From positions 1 to 42,561 of the forward strand of contig CAZYCQ010000027.1 in NCBI GenBank assembly GCA_964645535.1: DNA of 42,561 nt, written 5' to 3'. This document shows positions 9,287 through 19,839 of the stretch, piece after piece; position 1 is the first letter of the stretch; each line of letters begins with the position of its first letter. A program made the translations under genes and the position numbers. Below the pieces are notes generated by a model, which was not told the DNA's origin, did no database searches, and worked only from the letters and a program-made list of their open reading frames with translations. The stretch is from an uncultured archaeon (lineage in GTDB: Archaea > Asgardarchaeota > Heimdallarchaeia > Heimdallarchaeales > Kariarchaeaceae).

Positions 9287-10608
9287 AACTCAGGGTTCTT
9301 TCTTAAAGGCACTACTGACGCGATATATTTATTGTAAAATTCCAGTCTTTTCAGAGTCAGATCGAAAACTTCATCAGGAGTCATTGAATTTTGTGCAACT
9401 CCATCTTTAATGGCAGCTTCAGCAACAGCCTTGGCTTCCAGAGGCATAACCAACGGGTCTGTTGGCTTAACAATGATGTGGTTTACATCAAGTCTTTCTT
9501 CAGGAAGAGCATTAGCGATTGCCTTAGCAGCGGCAACCTTCATGTTCTCAGTAATTCTTTTTGCTTTCACATCAAGAGCACCCCTGAATATAGCAGGAAA
9601 TCCTAGAACATTATTGATTTGATTGGCAAAATCACTCCTGCCGGTGGCTACAATTTTTGCTCCAGCTTCAATTGCATCCTTTGGAAGGATTTCTGGAACA
9701 GGGTTTGCCAGACCAAAAACAATTGCATCGTCTGCCATTTTCCTAACATGATCCGGTTTGAATGCACCTTCGTGAGAAACTCCTATCAGAACATCTGCAC
9801 CATCTACTGCCACATCCAGCGGTTCTGAAATTTTTTTGGGGTTAAAACGATGAGAGATTTCTTCCTTGTAAGGATCCATACCTTCTTCTCTTCCGGAATA
9901 AACTGATCCCACACGATCGAAAAGCAATAGATTTTCCCCTTTCACACCTGCATCCAAAAGCATGGATGCGATAGCAATGCCTGCAGCACCTGCACCGTTT
10001 ACAACAACCTTGATTTCTTCCATTTTCTTGTCAACCAGTTTAAGTGCGTTATAGAGACCTGCAATTGTCACAATAGCAGTTCCCCATTGATCATCGTGGA
10101 AAACGGGGATATCAAGTTCCTTATCAAGAGTTCTCTCAATGTAAAAACAATCAGGTTTTCGGATATCTTCTAGGTTAATCCCACCAAAATTTTGAGCCAT
10201 GGCTTTTACATGGCTAATGAACTGATCAGGATCCTTTTCGTTAAGGACAAACGGATATGCATCCACACCCCCGAGAACCTTGAACAGAATTGATTTGCCT
10301 TCCATTACCGGCAATCCAGCTATCCCGATGTCGCCCAAACCAAGTATCCTTGTTCCATTGGAAATAACTGCAACCGAATTGCCTACATTGGTGTATTTAT
10401 GTAGATTTTCCTTAGGATTTTTCAGAATTTCATTGCATGCTACTGCAACTCCTGGAGAATAAGCCAAAGTCAAATCCAGAATAGATTTGACCGATGTTTT
10501 CGAAACGATCTCCACCTTACCATTGCCGGGAAAGTTATTTGAATGGTAATTAAGGACATCTTGCTCAGTGAATTCCACTTTTGCTGTTTTTGATGTATGT
10601 TCTTGCAT
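9283..10608 (-). CDS. NAD(P)-dependent malic enzyme (short form, no PTA domain)
   Basis: AYSPGVA, GLGDIG, PVMEGK, GGINLEDI, FHDDQWGTA, NGAGAAG, LANPVPEI, ATGRSD. ATG at 10608 has GAGGT upstream. Confidence 0.93.
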   Translation of the reverse strand: MQEHTSKTAKVEFTEQDVLNYHSNNFPGNGKVEIVSKTSVKSILDLTLAYSPGVAVACNEILKNPKENLHKYTNVGNSVAVISNGTRILGLGDIGIAGLPVMEGKSILFKVLGGVDAYPFVLNEKDPDQFISHVKAMAQNFGGINLEDIRKPDCFYIERTLDKELDIPVFHDDQWGTAIVTIAGLYNALKLVDKKMEEIKVVVNGAGAAGIAIASMLLDAGVKGENLLLFDRVGSVYSGREEGMDPYKEEISHRFNPKKISEPLDVAVDGADVLIGVSHEGAFKPDHVRKMADDAIVFGLANPVPEILPKDAIEAGAKIVATGRSDFANQINNVLGFPAIFRGALDVKAKRITENMKVAAAKAIANALPEERLDVNHIIVKPTDPLVMPLEAKAVAEAAIKDGVAQNSMTPDEVFDLTLKRLEFYNKYIASVVPLRKNPEF

Positions 10609-10782
10609 CAGCAATACCTCAATAGAATGGTTAACAACTGTATTCCACAATACACAATCATATAATTTTATGTATGTGCAAAGCAAAATGCATTATATTG
10701 CCATAAAATACCATCATTTGATTTGCATTTTTTTATGGAAATTCCAATTGCAATGAATTAATGTCAATTTTAGGTTGTTTTT

Positions 10783-13395
10783 TTAGGATTTGGAAAAGCG
10801 AAAGTCACCGTGAATAGGGGACGCAATAAATGTTTCAACTCCTTCAAAATTGAAATCTAGCTCTGTTGACATGGTCCCGAATTTTTGCAATGCATCTATT
10901 GCACCAATTCTATGGAGGGGTTGATTGTTATTTCCGCACTGATATGAGTAAGTGCATCTTGGACATCCATCAATCCTCCCACATGGACAATCATTCAAAA
11001 TTTTCAAGGTTCGGGAAATCCCTTTCTCCATTCGCTCAAAAAGAAGCTTTGAGAGACCTGAACCTCCCGGCGAACCATCATACACGAAAACGAGCCCAGT
11101 ATCTCCCATTGACAATCCACCTATCTGATTTGCACCGCCTCCTGTCAACGAATTACCGGATTCAATTAAAACATGTTCGATTGCGTGGAAAGTCCCACCT
11201 AGAACATCCTGAATTTTTTCCTCAGAAGTCTGTTCCAACACGTTTTCAGGTTTAGGGAATTGGATGGCAAATCCTTTCGTTTTGAATTTATATTGCAGAG
11301 GTTTTTCTAAACTATATTTTCCGATAATTCGGTCAGTGAAAATGTTTGAACGATAATATCCCGTTACAGTCTCAGTCAATTCCAATGTAAGGTAAGCAGC
11401 AGAAAGCCCGTCAATGTCTACCTCCTTGTCTATTTCAACAACAGTTGGCCACATTGTTCTTTCTGCTTGGGTTTTTTCTCCTCGTTTGTCAGTCTCACGA
11501 ATTCTGGCTACTTTTTTCTTGCCATCAAAGCCTATAACTTCATACGTTTTTCCTCCGTGAAGGTAGATGGCACCGGGATGGAGTTCTGAAAGAGCCATGG
11601 GCAGGGATCTTTGCCCCACCTTTTTGTTGCCGTTATAAATGTCAATTGCGGCCCCAATACCTCTGATTGAGAAATTCTGCAATAATTGGGAAACCTTGTA
11701 TTTATCTTTGACCCGGATTCTTCCGTTTCTCTTCACTAGAATTCCTCTTTTCAGAAGAGGTTCTGCAAAAGCAGAATACTTGTCAGCCTCCGCTTCAGTT
11801 AGAGGCAGTTCAAAAGCCATTGCGAGAATTTGCATGGTTCCGACCAGATCATTGTTTGGTTCAACAAATACAGGATCGATTTCAGTAAGGTATTCATTTG
11901 GATTTCGTGCATAATAGGCAGAGATTGGGTCATCTCCACGGAAAACAAGTGCAGAAATACTTTCATCTCCACGTCTTCCAGCTCTGCCGACACGTTGGAT
12001 GAAATTAGTCAATCCTGTCAGCATCGTGACTACAGCATCCAAATCACCTATATCAATTCCCAACTCCAATGTCGGGGTTGAGACAAGGGCTTCAAGTTTT
12101 CCAGTACGAAATGCTTTCTCCACAGATGACCGGTGGGAGTATTCAAGCCCTGCCCTATGAACCTCAGAATTGATTGAACTGTTTTTGAGAATCAGATTTA
12201 AGGCTTCAGCAGTCAAATGGCTATTTGCAAAGGCCAAAGTCTTTTTCCTTTCACGGACGAGATAGCTTATGATTCTAGCCATGGTTGATAGGTTTGACGA
12301 TTCCTTCGGATAGACCATGGTTAAATGCATAGGTGATTTCCGTGCGGTTTTAATTCCAATATGGATGACTTCTCGTTCGAACATCGTTTCCGCGAATCCT
12401 TTGGCATTTGAAACAGTTGCACTTGCTCCGATCAACTGCATTTTTGGTGCAAACCGTTTGAGCCGTCGTATCAGCCAGAGAACATTTGAACCATAGGAAC
12501 CAACACAAAGATGGATTTCATCAATGACCAAGAATTTCAGATTTCGAACCATTCCCTGAAATGAAAAATTGGATCGGAGGTGGTAATGTATCATATCTGG
12601 ATTAGTGATAAGGATATCGGGAGGATTCTGGTAAATTGAATCTCGTTCCGTTTTTGAGGTATCCCCATCAAACTTTTTGACAGAGACCCCAATGGTTGAA
12701 GCGTATTCTATTATCTTAAAGAGTTGATCCTTTGCAAGTGCCTTGGTTGGGTATATGAAAATGGCTTGAGGACCTTTTCGATCAAAAGGATTTGGATTTT
12801 CGGAGACAATTCTTTCGATTATTGGAAGGAGAAAGGATTCAGTTTTTCCCATTCCGGTTGGTGCAGTGATGATGACAGAGTGACCTGATGAAATTGCATA
12901 ATATGCCTGTTGTTGATATTCATAAAGGTTAGAGATTCCTTTGTTTTTCAGGACGTTATGAAGTCCATTAAAGAGAATGACATCCTCAACTGGATCCCCT
13001 TCTTTTGGAGGATTTGGTTTAAGATAATCGTAATTGACGAGATAATAGGATCGATCAGAAGCAATTTTTTTGACAACTTCAGGGATATTCTGAGGTAATT
13101 TTTGGATTGCCCTTATGGCATTTTGCTCGATTTTTGGGTCAACCCTTAGTTTCTTTCCCTTTTTGATCCAACCTTCATCAAGGGATCTCTTGGTTTTGAA
13201 ACCATGACGAGTTGCGGGAGAAGCATGGGTTCTCCGCATTTTTTTCTGCAAAAGATGGAATGTTTCTTCAGCAGAAAATCCAGGCTTTCCCTTGTGGGAA
13301 AAGCCACATTCTTCGCAAAAGAAGGTAACGATTCCCTTTCGTTTACTATGATCTAGATTTCCAGAACAGTAGGGGCATTCAAATGTTGAAACCAT
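10783..13395 (-). CDS. SF2 DEAH-box helicase, MrfA/Hrq1/SftH family, with N-terminal Zn ribbon and C-terminal DUF1998-type Zn site
   Basis: APTGMGKT, YPTKALAKDQ, DEIH, SAT, LELGIDIG, QRVGRAGR. C-terminal CPCGRIDGCPRC; N-terminal CPYC..CEEC. Confidence 0.9.
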   Translation of the reverse strand: MVSTFECPYCSGNLDHSKRKGIVTFFCEECGFSHKGKPGFSAEETFHLLQKKMRRTHASPATRHGFKTKRSLDEGWIKKGKKLRVDPKIEQNAIRAIQKLPQNIPEVVKKIASDRSYYLVNYDYLKPNPPKEGDPVEDVILFNGLHNVLKNKGISNLYEYQQQAYYAISSGHSVIITAPTGMGKTESFLLPIIERIVSENPNPFDRKGPQAIFIYPTKALAKDQLFKIIEYASTIGVSVKKFDGDTSKTERDSIYQNPPDILITNPDMIHYHLRSNFSFQGMVRNLKFLVIDEIHLCVGSYGSNVLWLIRRLKRFAPKMQLIGASATVSNAKGFAETMFEREVIHIGIKTARKSPMHLTMVYPKESSNLSTMARIISYLVRERKKTLAFANSHLTAEALNLILKNSSINSEVHRAGLEYSHRSSVEKAFRTGKLEALVSTPTLELGIDIGDLDAVVTMLTGLTNFIQRVGRAGRRGDESISALVFRGDDPISAYYARNPNEYLTEIDPVFVEPNNDLVGTMQILAMAFELPLTEAEADKYSAFAEPLLKRGILVKRNGRIRVKDKYKVSQLLQNFSIRGIGAAIDIYNGNKKVGQRSLPMALSELHPGAIYLHGGKTYEVIGFDGKKKVARIRETDKRGEKTQAERTMWPTVVEIDKEVDIDGLSAAYLTLELTETVTGYYRSNIFTDRIIGKYSLEKPLQYKFKTKGFAIQFPKPENVLEQTSEEKIQDVLGGTFHAIEHVLIESGNSLTGGGANQIGGLSMGDTGLVFVYDGSPGGSGLSKLLFERMEKGISRTLKILNDCPCGRIDGCPRCTYSYQCGNNNQPLHRIGAIDALQKFGTMSTELDFNFEGVETFIASPIHGDFRFSKS

Positions 13396-13464
13396 AAACT
13401 CTCTCTCGATAAGGTTGTTTCTGAGGGTAATTCTTCATACAGATTTTTGCTTAAGAAGTTCGTC

Positions 13465-14349
13465 TTAAGCCACGGTCAATTTTTCTATTGCGGCAACTAC
13501 CCTTTGGGTCTGTGAAGTCAATCGTTCGAGTTCATACAAATCGTTCGAAATGAGAATAAGGAAGGCTCCTTCATAGCAAAATGCAGGGAAAATACTTGCA
13601 TTACCCTTAGCGATTGGTACCAATTTTGGTTCTTGATCGATGTTGGCAAAAGGATCCTGAAGTTCTTCCATTGATTTTGTTGCAATATCTGCATAATCTT
13701 CAGGAGGATCCCTGCCACTGTACATATAATTGATATGCCCTTTATTCTTGACAATGAACATTCCAGCTCGGAGTTGGGTATGGGTTTTGACAATCTTGGA
13801 GATAATTTGACGGATTTTTATCCAAATTTTGGACTTCACATTGATCTTGGTCATATTGGATGTTTCCACGATATCCTTAGTCTTTAGTTGTTCAAGAACA
13901 GCTCCTTCTCTAATTGATTTGATTGTTTCCCATTCAATTGCCCTTCCCAATTCTTCAAAAAGGGATTTAAAGAGTAACCGACCTTCGGGATTTTTCTGTC
14001 TCAACTGTTCAATTGTCTCGAATCGATCCATGATCTGTTCAATTAGCCAAAGACTTTCTTCAGAGTTCATGTCGACATCTACATTTAGGACGACCAATTT
14101 ACCTTCATAATTCGCAAAGGCAAATTTGTGATTTTCCAACGATATGAGCTCTATATCTCCCCCACCCAATTGTTTTGAATACATATGGACAGTGGCGAAC
14201 ATTGCACTATGAAGATCAGGGTCTTCATCAGTTTCTACAAAATATTCATAATGCTCAAGAAGACCTGCGTCATTGATAATGTAAAATGCACGAACCTTTT
14301 TGATCAGATCATCGATTTTTCTCCATGGTTTTGAGGGTTGTGTCGCCAT
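13465..14349 (-). CDS. Longin-like domain protein with a possible second longin/roadblock-like domain
   Basis: N-terminal VRAFYIINDAGLL...DPDLHSAMFATVHMYSKQLGGGDIELISLENHKFAF resembles Asgard longin-like domains (pattern recognition only). Confidence 0.6.
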   Translation of the reverse strand: MATQPSKPWRKIDDLIKKVRAFYIINDAGLLEHYEYFVETDEDPDLHSAMFATVHMYSKQLGGGDIELISLENHKFAFANYEGKLVVLNVDVDMNSEESLWLIEQIMDRFETIEQLRQKNPEGRLLFKSLFEELGRAIEWETIKSIREGAVLEQLKTKDIVETSNMTKINVKSKIWIKIRQIISKIVKTHTQLRAGMFIVKNKGHINYMYSGRDPPEDYADIATKSMEELQDPFANIDQEPKLVPIAKGNASIFPAFCYEGAFLILISNDLYELERLTSQTQRVVAAIEKLTVA

Positions 14350-14437
14350 TCCTACACAACACTATTCTCTTACTGTAATTAATAGTTTTCCTGTGGTGGG
14401 GAAAATCGTTATGTACTCGTTCCGAACAAGCTGAGAA

Positions 14438-14896
14438 TTGATTGGAAAGTTTTTATCCAGTTTCTTCTTTCGGAATACAGTGAGTGAGGATTTAATTTCA
14501 AGGAAAAAAATCGATGATTACCTCGAAAGGCTCAATATCAAACCGATCAAGGTTATCGAGGAGGAGAAATACCTTACATATGTCATTAAAGTTGAACTTG
14601 ATTTTGGCGAAATTGAGTTGGACATAAGATTCAAGATCGAAACACCCCGGTGGGTAGAATTCAAGACAATTTTTCTGGAAGATTTGGAACCTTCGGTTGA
14701 GGTCTACGAAAAGATACTGGAGCTCAATTATGCAACAGTTTTGACAAGATTCGGGATTGAGAACAAAACGGTCTATGCGAAAATTGAATTGCCTTTTCCA
14801 ACTCTTGATTATGAGGAGTTTTTCTCAGCTATCAAACGGATTGCAAATGATGTCAATAATTACTATCCTTTATTCAATGAGACTACTCACCAATAA
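14438..14896 (+). CDS. YbjN / type-III-chaperone-like domain protein
   Basis: YEKILELNYATVLTRFGIENKTVYAKIELPFPTLDYEEFFSAIKRIA pattern. True start may be GTG at about 14480. Confidence 0.65.
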   Translation: MIGKFLSSFFFRNTVSEDLISRKKIDDYLERLNIKPIKVIEEEKYLTYVIKVELDFGEIELDIRFKIETPRWVEFKTIFLEDLEPSVEVYEKILELNYATVLTRFGIENKTVYAKIELPFPTLDYEEFFSAIKRIANDVNNYYPLFNETTHQ

Positions 14897-15638
14897 ATGG
14901 CAATAGGTTGATTGTATCTCCTCCAGAGATGGTATAAACGGCATATCCAATGGCAATTAAGGCGATGGAAATATTCATTATTCGAATAATCTTTTCTCTT
15001 CTTGTTTTGATGCTTATACTGTTTATTGCAGTCCCGAAGAAAGACATCCCAAGTACTACTCCAAAACTGAATATTAGAAGACCAATAAATATGAACAGGA
15101 AATTATTAATACCCAATGTCAGGGTAAACAGAAGAAGGAGTTCATCGTTTGATGCCAAGCCATGAATTATCCCAATTCCGAAAATTGCTTGATGTTCCCT
15201 TTTTGCCACAAAGACATGGACATGTTCAAGTTCTTCCACGTCATCTTCATGGCTATGGAGATGATCTTCAGGATGGACTTCAATCCCTTCATCCTTGTAA
15301 TGGATATGACCGTGAGTGTGTTTTCCCCATTTGATGACATCAAATTCCCAAAGAATTGTCAGCACTCCAATTAAAATAAGCATGATTGCAACTAATGCTT
15401 CAAAGTTCGCTAGATAATTGACCAGTATCTCTTCTTTGAAAGTGAATAAGATGAAGGTGATGATGCCAGCCGTTACCATATGTCCGATAGCCCATGAAAA
15501 TGAGAGCTTAAGGGTATTTTTCAAACTTGGAGATCTTGTGATAATAGATGAGATTGCCACAACATGATCTGCATCAAGGCTGTGTTTTATCCCCAAAAGT
15601 AGAGTTAGACCAAGTAATCCGAATGTAGAAAATTCCAT
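14883..15638 (-). CDS. Nickel/cobalt transporter (NiCoT/UreH-like) with His-rich loop
   Basis: GIKHSLDADHVVAI, WAIGH, HTHGHIH..HLHSH loop, GIGIIHGLA. Start placed at MEFSTFG (15638). Confidence 0.82.
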   Translation of the reverse strand: MEFSTFGLLGLTLLLGIKHSLDADHVVAISSIITRSPSLKNTLKLSFSWAIGHMVTAGIITFILFTFKEEILVNYLANFEALVAIMLILIGVLTILWEFDVIKWGKHTHGHIHYKDEGIEVHPEDHLHSHEDDVEELEHVHVFVAKREHQAIFGIGIIHGLASNDELLLLFTLTLGINNFLFIFIGLLIFSFGVVLGMSFFGTAINSISIKTRREKIIRIMNISIALIAIGYAVYTISGGDTINLLPFIGE

Positions 15639-15774
15639 TGTTTCCAATTTTGATTCAAAAATATAAACAATTGCTTTGGGATGAATTATCATTACAGAAA
15701 ATATAAAAGAATATTTTGCGAGAATAGCTCTTAAAATCATCAAATTAATTAGGAAGGCAATGCACGGATAGTCA

Positions 15775-16236
15775 ATGAATGAAAAGGAGTCATCATCGAA
15801 ATCTTTTGTTGATAAGGCAAGATCAAAAATCGAAAACATGGGAAATTTTATGGGAGATATTGCAGACAATCCCGAAAAACTATTAAAGAGGTTTTGGAAG
15901 AAATATGAAAAGTGGGTATTTCTTTTGATTTTATATATCTCTTCTTTTTTCATTTTCAGATGGATGGGGAAAAGCAACAATCTTGCCTGGATAATTGCAG
16001 TCTTTCTCTTGGTAGGTTTTCCGTTCTTTTTGCTTTGGATAATCACGAAGTTCATTCCAGAAATAAAAGTAAAAGACAAAGTAATTTTCTCTCGGAATAA
16101 CCTTAACCTTGAAAAGCAACTGAAATATGGTTTTCGTGGATTGGCAACTGTAGCAAAAGAAATTTACAAAGCATATCCGACATTTTCCTTGGTGGTTGTT
16201 TTTGCTTTATTGCTGCTATTATTCATTGCAGTTTGA
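15775..16236 (+). CDS. Hypothetical membrane protein (about 3 TM)
   Basis: 153-aa ORF with hydrophobic segments, divergent from the NiCoT gene and upstream of glpQ. Confidence 0.65.
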   Translation: MNEKESSSKSFVDKARSKIENMGNFMGDIADNPEKLLKRFWKKYEKWVFLLILYISSFFIFRWMGKSNNLAWIIAVFLLVGFPFFLLWIITKFIPEIKVKDKVIFSRNNLNLEKQLKYGFRGLATVAKEIYKAYPTFSLVVVFALLLLLFIAV

Positions 16237-16278
16237 GCGGATGGTTCAATTAACCTCAGAATAAATAATAAGGCAAGA

Positions 16279-16983
16279 ATGGATGAACGGCATATGGAAA
16301 TAATTGCCCATAGGGGATTGGACAAGCCTGAAAATACATTACAAGCATTCAGAAAGGCAATCGAGGCGGGATTCCCATATGTGGAATTAGATGTTCACCG
16401 CACAATAGACAATCAATGGGTTGTAATCCATGATTTTGAAGTTGAAGGCTTGGAAGTTGAAAGTTCAACATACAGTCAAATCAAGAATTTGTTTTCGGAT
16501 GATGAAAGACCCCCCCTTTTGGAAGAGGTCATTGAGATAAAAGAATTGAAACTCAACATTGAGCTCAAAGTACCAAGAAACCATGATGACCCAAGAACAT
16601 TGGGTCAAAGTCTACAGAAGTTTCTAAGCAATCGTCTTTCAGAAGAAAGGTATAATCTCTCTTCCTTCAATTACAAGGGACTGATCGGCGCCAGGACTGC
16701 CTCAAAGGATGTCAAGCTTTCTTACCTTTCATTGCGCCCAAACTTAAAAAAATGGGAACAACTGAATCGCAAACTCAAAGGATTGTATTCAGTCAACCCG
16801 CTCTTTCTTTTATTGCGAAAGAAACATGTTGATAGAATGCATAGACATGGAATCAAAATACATCCTTGGACCGTTAATCGTGACAAATGGATCAAGAGGA
16901 TGATTAAATTAGGAGTAGATGGTATCATCACAGATAAGCCAAAAAGAGTAGAGACGATCCTCCATCAAGTTGAGACAAGTTGA
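16279..16983 (+). CDS. glpQ: Glycerophosphodiester phosphodiesterase
   Basis: IIAHRG, PENTLQAF, VELDVHRTID..VVIHD, LNIELK, WTVN, GVDGIITD. Confidence 0.92.
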   Translation: MDERHMEIIAHRGLDKPENTLQAFRKAIEAGFPYVELDVHRTIDNQWVVIHDFEVEGLEVESSTYSQIKNLFSDDERPPLLEEVIEIKELKLNIELKVPRNHDDPRTLGQSLQKFLSNRLSEERYNLSSFNYKGLIGARTASKDVKLSYLSLRPNLKKWEQLNRKLKGLYSVNPLFLLLRKKHVDRMHRHGIKIHPWTVNRDKWIKRMIKLGVDGIITDKPKRVETILHQVETS

Positions 16984-17348
16984 GAATGATTTCTAAATTG
17001 GTAAGCACCAGTAATCAAGCAAACAACATAGGAAAGTGAAAGTTGGATGAAATATCCGAACGGTAACGGAATAAACGTATCACCAGCAAGTATCTTTCCG
17101 AATAGCAATCCAAGAGTGATTGCAACAAGGAAAACAGCAAGTGTCCATCTTTGTAGATTAACTTGCGTCAGTGACAATCTTTTCAATTGAAGCAAAGATA
17201 GGAGGATCAAGCGGTCAATTGCCAATAAAAGGAAACCACCCATCAAGAAGAGATTTGCAATAAGATCTGTGTTGGTTGCAGTAAGAATGGTGAAGAATCC
17301 CAAGACAGAAAATACAAAGTTCAGTACAATTTTGCCTTCCATTTTCAT
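16965..17348 (-). CDS. Hypothetical 4-TM membrane protein
   Basis: Four hydrophobic stretches. Start overlaps the acylase stop (ATGA) with GAGGAG upstream. Confidence 0.6.
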   Translation of the reverse strand: MKMEGKIVLNFVFSVLGFFTILTATNTDLIANLFLMGGFLLLAIDRLILLSLLQLKRLSLTQVNLQRWTLAVFLVAITLGLLFGKILAGDTFIPLPFGYFIQLSLSYVVCLITGAYQFRNHSQLVST

Positions 17349-19783
17349 TCCTCCTTATGATATGTTGTGACCAATGTTTGGCCTGAAATGACATCATCTG
17401 TAGAAAATGTCCATTTTGAATATCTTATTAATCTCCAATTATCGAAGGCATCATCATAATGTTTTGAGAACGGGTCGCCCTTTATTCCAGGGGGAGTCAA
17501 GCCGTAAACCACTTCCCACTTAGGTTCAACTCTTACAATCAATCTTTCAGAAGGGCCATGTGACTGTTCGAAACTTAGATTTTCAACATCGCCACCTCTT
17601 CCGCCACCTGCATTTATGGTAAAGGTGGTTCCATTGGCAGGAGCAGGACCTACATTCAAGAAAGGAAAAACTTCACCCATTACGTGTTTGAAGGTCGCTT
17701 GGTGCAAGTTTCCCCATTCCCATTTATCATTAATTGAATTCCCAACCTTGTTTTTCAGGAAATTAATTGCATTGGAAAATGCAATTGCGGCAGTATCAAT
17801 ATAACTTTCGTTTTGGCTTGTTCGTACATCATCAAACCAAGAAACACCTTGCGGATGTTTTAGGAAATTGACTAATGAACGGTGAGCTGCATAATTGATT
17901 GATTTTGTAAGATTGTAACCCAATTCATCCACAAAGGTGGAATGAACAAAATTGATTCGAAATGTCACAAAAATGGAAGCCTCAGGGGAAGATGAAACCA
18001 TTCTATGATCCCATGTATCCAAAAGACCCAAGGCTTCTTGAATAAGGTTGGGATCCGAATTTTCGATTTTGGTAAAATCATAGGATTTCAGACCTTCCAT
18101 TACCGGTATAAGAATATCGTCGACCGCTAGAGAATACACGTCGCCATGCATTCTCATGATATCAAATTCATCAAATTTGGATCCATCCATTTCAAAATTA
18201 GTTCTGTTGGCAAGAATTTGGTTGATTCGTGCACCTCGATATTGAACTGCATAATTTTCAGCGATGTAGAAGAGATGGCGATCATCAATTTCTTGGTTTG
18301 CAGTTCCAAAGAAGCCCTTTGATGGATTAACAACAAACAGTTGATCTTCATAGGGGATTGTTCCATTCCAGTCATTGAGTCCATTGCTTCCATTTTGAGG
18401 AAGGACACCAAAACCATTAGTTCTTGTTGGTATGAGACCTGTAAATTGATAACCTATGTCACCATCCACAGTAGCAAAGACAACATTCTGACCGGGAACT
18501 GCAAAATATTCCAATGCAGAATGAATTTGATCAACATTTTCTGCGACATTAAGTTCATAAATTGCCCGGAATATCTGATCCCTTTCGTATCCTTCGGTTA
18601 AAGTCCAACGAACTGCATATTCGGTTCCATCAATGGTATCCATTACGCCAAACTGCGATAATTCATAGGTAAATTCAACAGGGGCTTGGTTTTTGACAGG
18701 AATAGTTTCTGTGACTTTATTGAATGGAACCCATTGGGTATTGTCAACAAGATAATGGGTCTCATTTCTCTTCAGATAGAATAAGTCTATAGCATCAAGA
18801 CCTGTATTTGTAAAGCCCCAAGTAATATGTTCATTGTGTCCTACGATAATAAATGGAGCCCCCGGTAGAGAGAAGCCCTGAACATTTATTGACCCATCTG
18901 TTGCGATCAAATGCACCTGATACCATATTCCAGGGGTAGAAAGCCCAAGATGCATATCGTTGGCCAAAATCGGGAAACCACTTTCGGTCAGATTACCACT
19001 AATTACCCAATTATTTGACCCTACTCCCAAAGCTAACTTGTCAAGTCCTCCAAACATTGTATTCAGTGGATGGTTTGAGAAATCAGAACCCAATGCACCG
19101 ATTTCACTGACATTGACTGTTTTGATGTATTCCCCAGCAGGGGCATATACAACAGGAAGTACTTCCAAAGATTTTTCTCCACCGACAGCCTGGACAAGTT
19201 CCAATCTTCTCAATTCAGCAGAAAGTCCACCATAAGCCAAATCAAATGCCATAACACCTTGAATTGAAAGCGTGTCAACCACAGTCCATTCCTTTGGTTG
19301 AACCCCTAGCAATTCAAGTTCAAATGGCAATGCATTTCGGTGTGATCGAATATAATCATTGACTCCGGCAATATAATTTTCGATATAAGACTTGTATTGT
19401 TGAGGAAGTCGTTCTGCTGCCGCTACAGCCGCTCTATGAATTCCCAATTTACGGAGTGCCATATCATTTTCCAATTGACTAGAACCAAATAATCGAGAAA
19501 GTTCACCATTTGCCACGGATCGATAAAATTCAAGTTGCCACAGACGATCTCTTGCATATTCATAACCTTGGGCGTAAAGAACGTCTTGGATATTAGATCC
19601 AATAATTGTTGGTGCACCCATTTCGTCCCTGTAAACCTTGACAGTATCTTTCAAGTAAGGAGATTTGATTTCGGAAAAATCGTCAGTTGTGTTGTTTACC
19701 ACAAGGTAAGCGGTTACTGAAAGGACAAGGAGAACAGATAAAATGGATATACCTAGCCTATTAAGAATTTGCCGTTTCTGCAT
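17345..19783 (-). CDS. Penicillin acylase family Ntn-hydrolase (S45), N-terminal membrane anchor
   Basis: RDEMGAPTI, QGYEYARDRLWQLE, GSNNWVISG catalytic Ser, LANDMHL, WYQVHL, WGFTN. Confidence 0.92.
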   Translation of the reverse strand: MQKRQILNRLGISILSVLLVLSVTAYLVVNNTTDDFSEIKSPYLKDTVKVYRDEMGAPTIIGSNIQDVLYAQGYEYARDRLWQLEFYRSVANGELSRLFGSSQLENDMALRKLGIHRAAVAAAERLPQQYKSYIENYIAGVNDYIRSHRNALPFELELLGVQPKEWTVVDTLSIQGVMAFDLAYGGLSAELRRLELVQAVGGEKSLEVLPVVYAPAGEYIKTVNVSEIGALGSDFSNHPLNTMFGGLDKLALGVGSNNWVISGNLTESGFPILANDMHLGLSTPGIWYQVHLIATDGSINVQGFSLPGAPFIIVGHNEHITWGFTNTGLDAIDLFYLKRNETHYLVDNTQWVPFNKVTETIPVKNQAPVEFTYELSQFGVMDTIDGTEYAVRWTLTEGYERDQIFRAIYELNVAENVDQIHSALEYFAVPGQNVVFATVDGDIGYQFTGLIPTRTNGFGVLPQNGSNGLNDWNGTIPYEDQLFVVNPSKGFFGTANQEIDDRHLFYIAENYAVQYRGARINQILANRTNFEMDGSKFDEFDIMRMHGDVYSLAVDDILIPVMEGLKSYDFTKIENSDPNLIQEALGLLDTWDHRMVSSSPEASIFVTFRINFVHSTFVDELGYNLTKSINYAAHRSLVNFLKHPQGVSWFDDVRTSQNESYIDTAAIAFSNAINFLKNKVGNSINDKWEWGNLHQATFKHVMGEVFPFLNVGPAPANGTTFTINAGGGRGGDVENLSFEQSHGPSERLIVRVEPKWEVVYGLTPPGIKGDPFSKHYDDAFDNWRLIRYSKWTFSTDDVISGQTLVTTYHKEE

Positions 19784-19839
19784 AAGATGATTTTGAAGGT
19801 TGATTTAAGAATAATTCTAGAGGGGATACATTAATGTCT

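Noticed and set aside
10609-10686. Upstream extension of the malic enzyme ORF
   Set aside because: It lies in AT-rich intergenic sequence, and a better ATG with an RBS is at 10608.
15639-16079. N-terminal 147 aa of the 398-aa ORF
   Set aside because: It overlaps the opposite-strand 153-aa gene and an AT-rich promoter region. NiCoT similarity starts at 15638.
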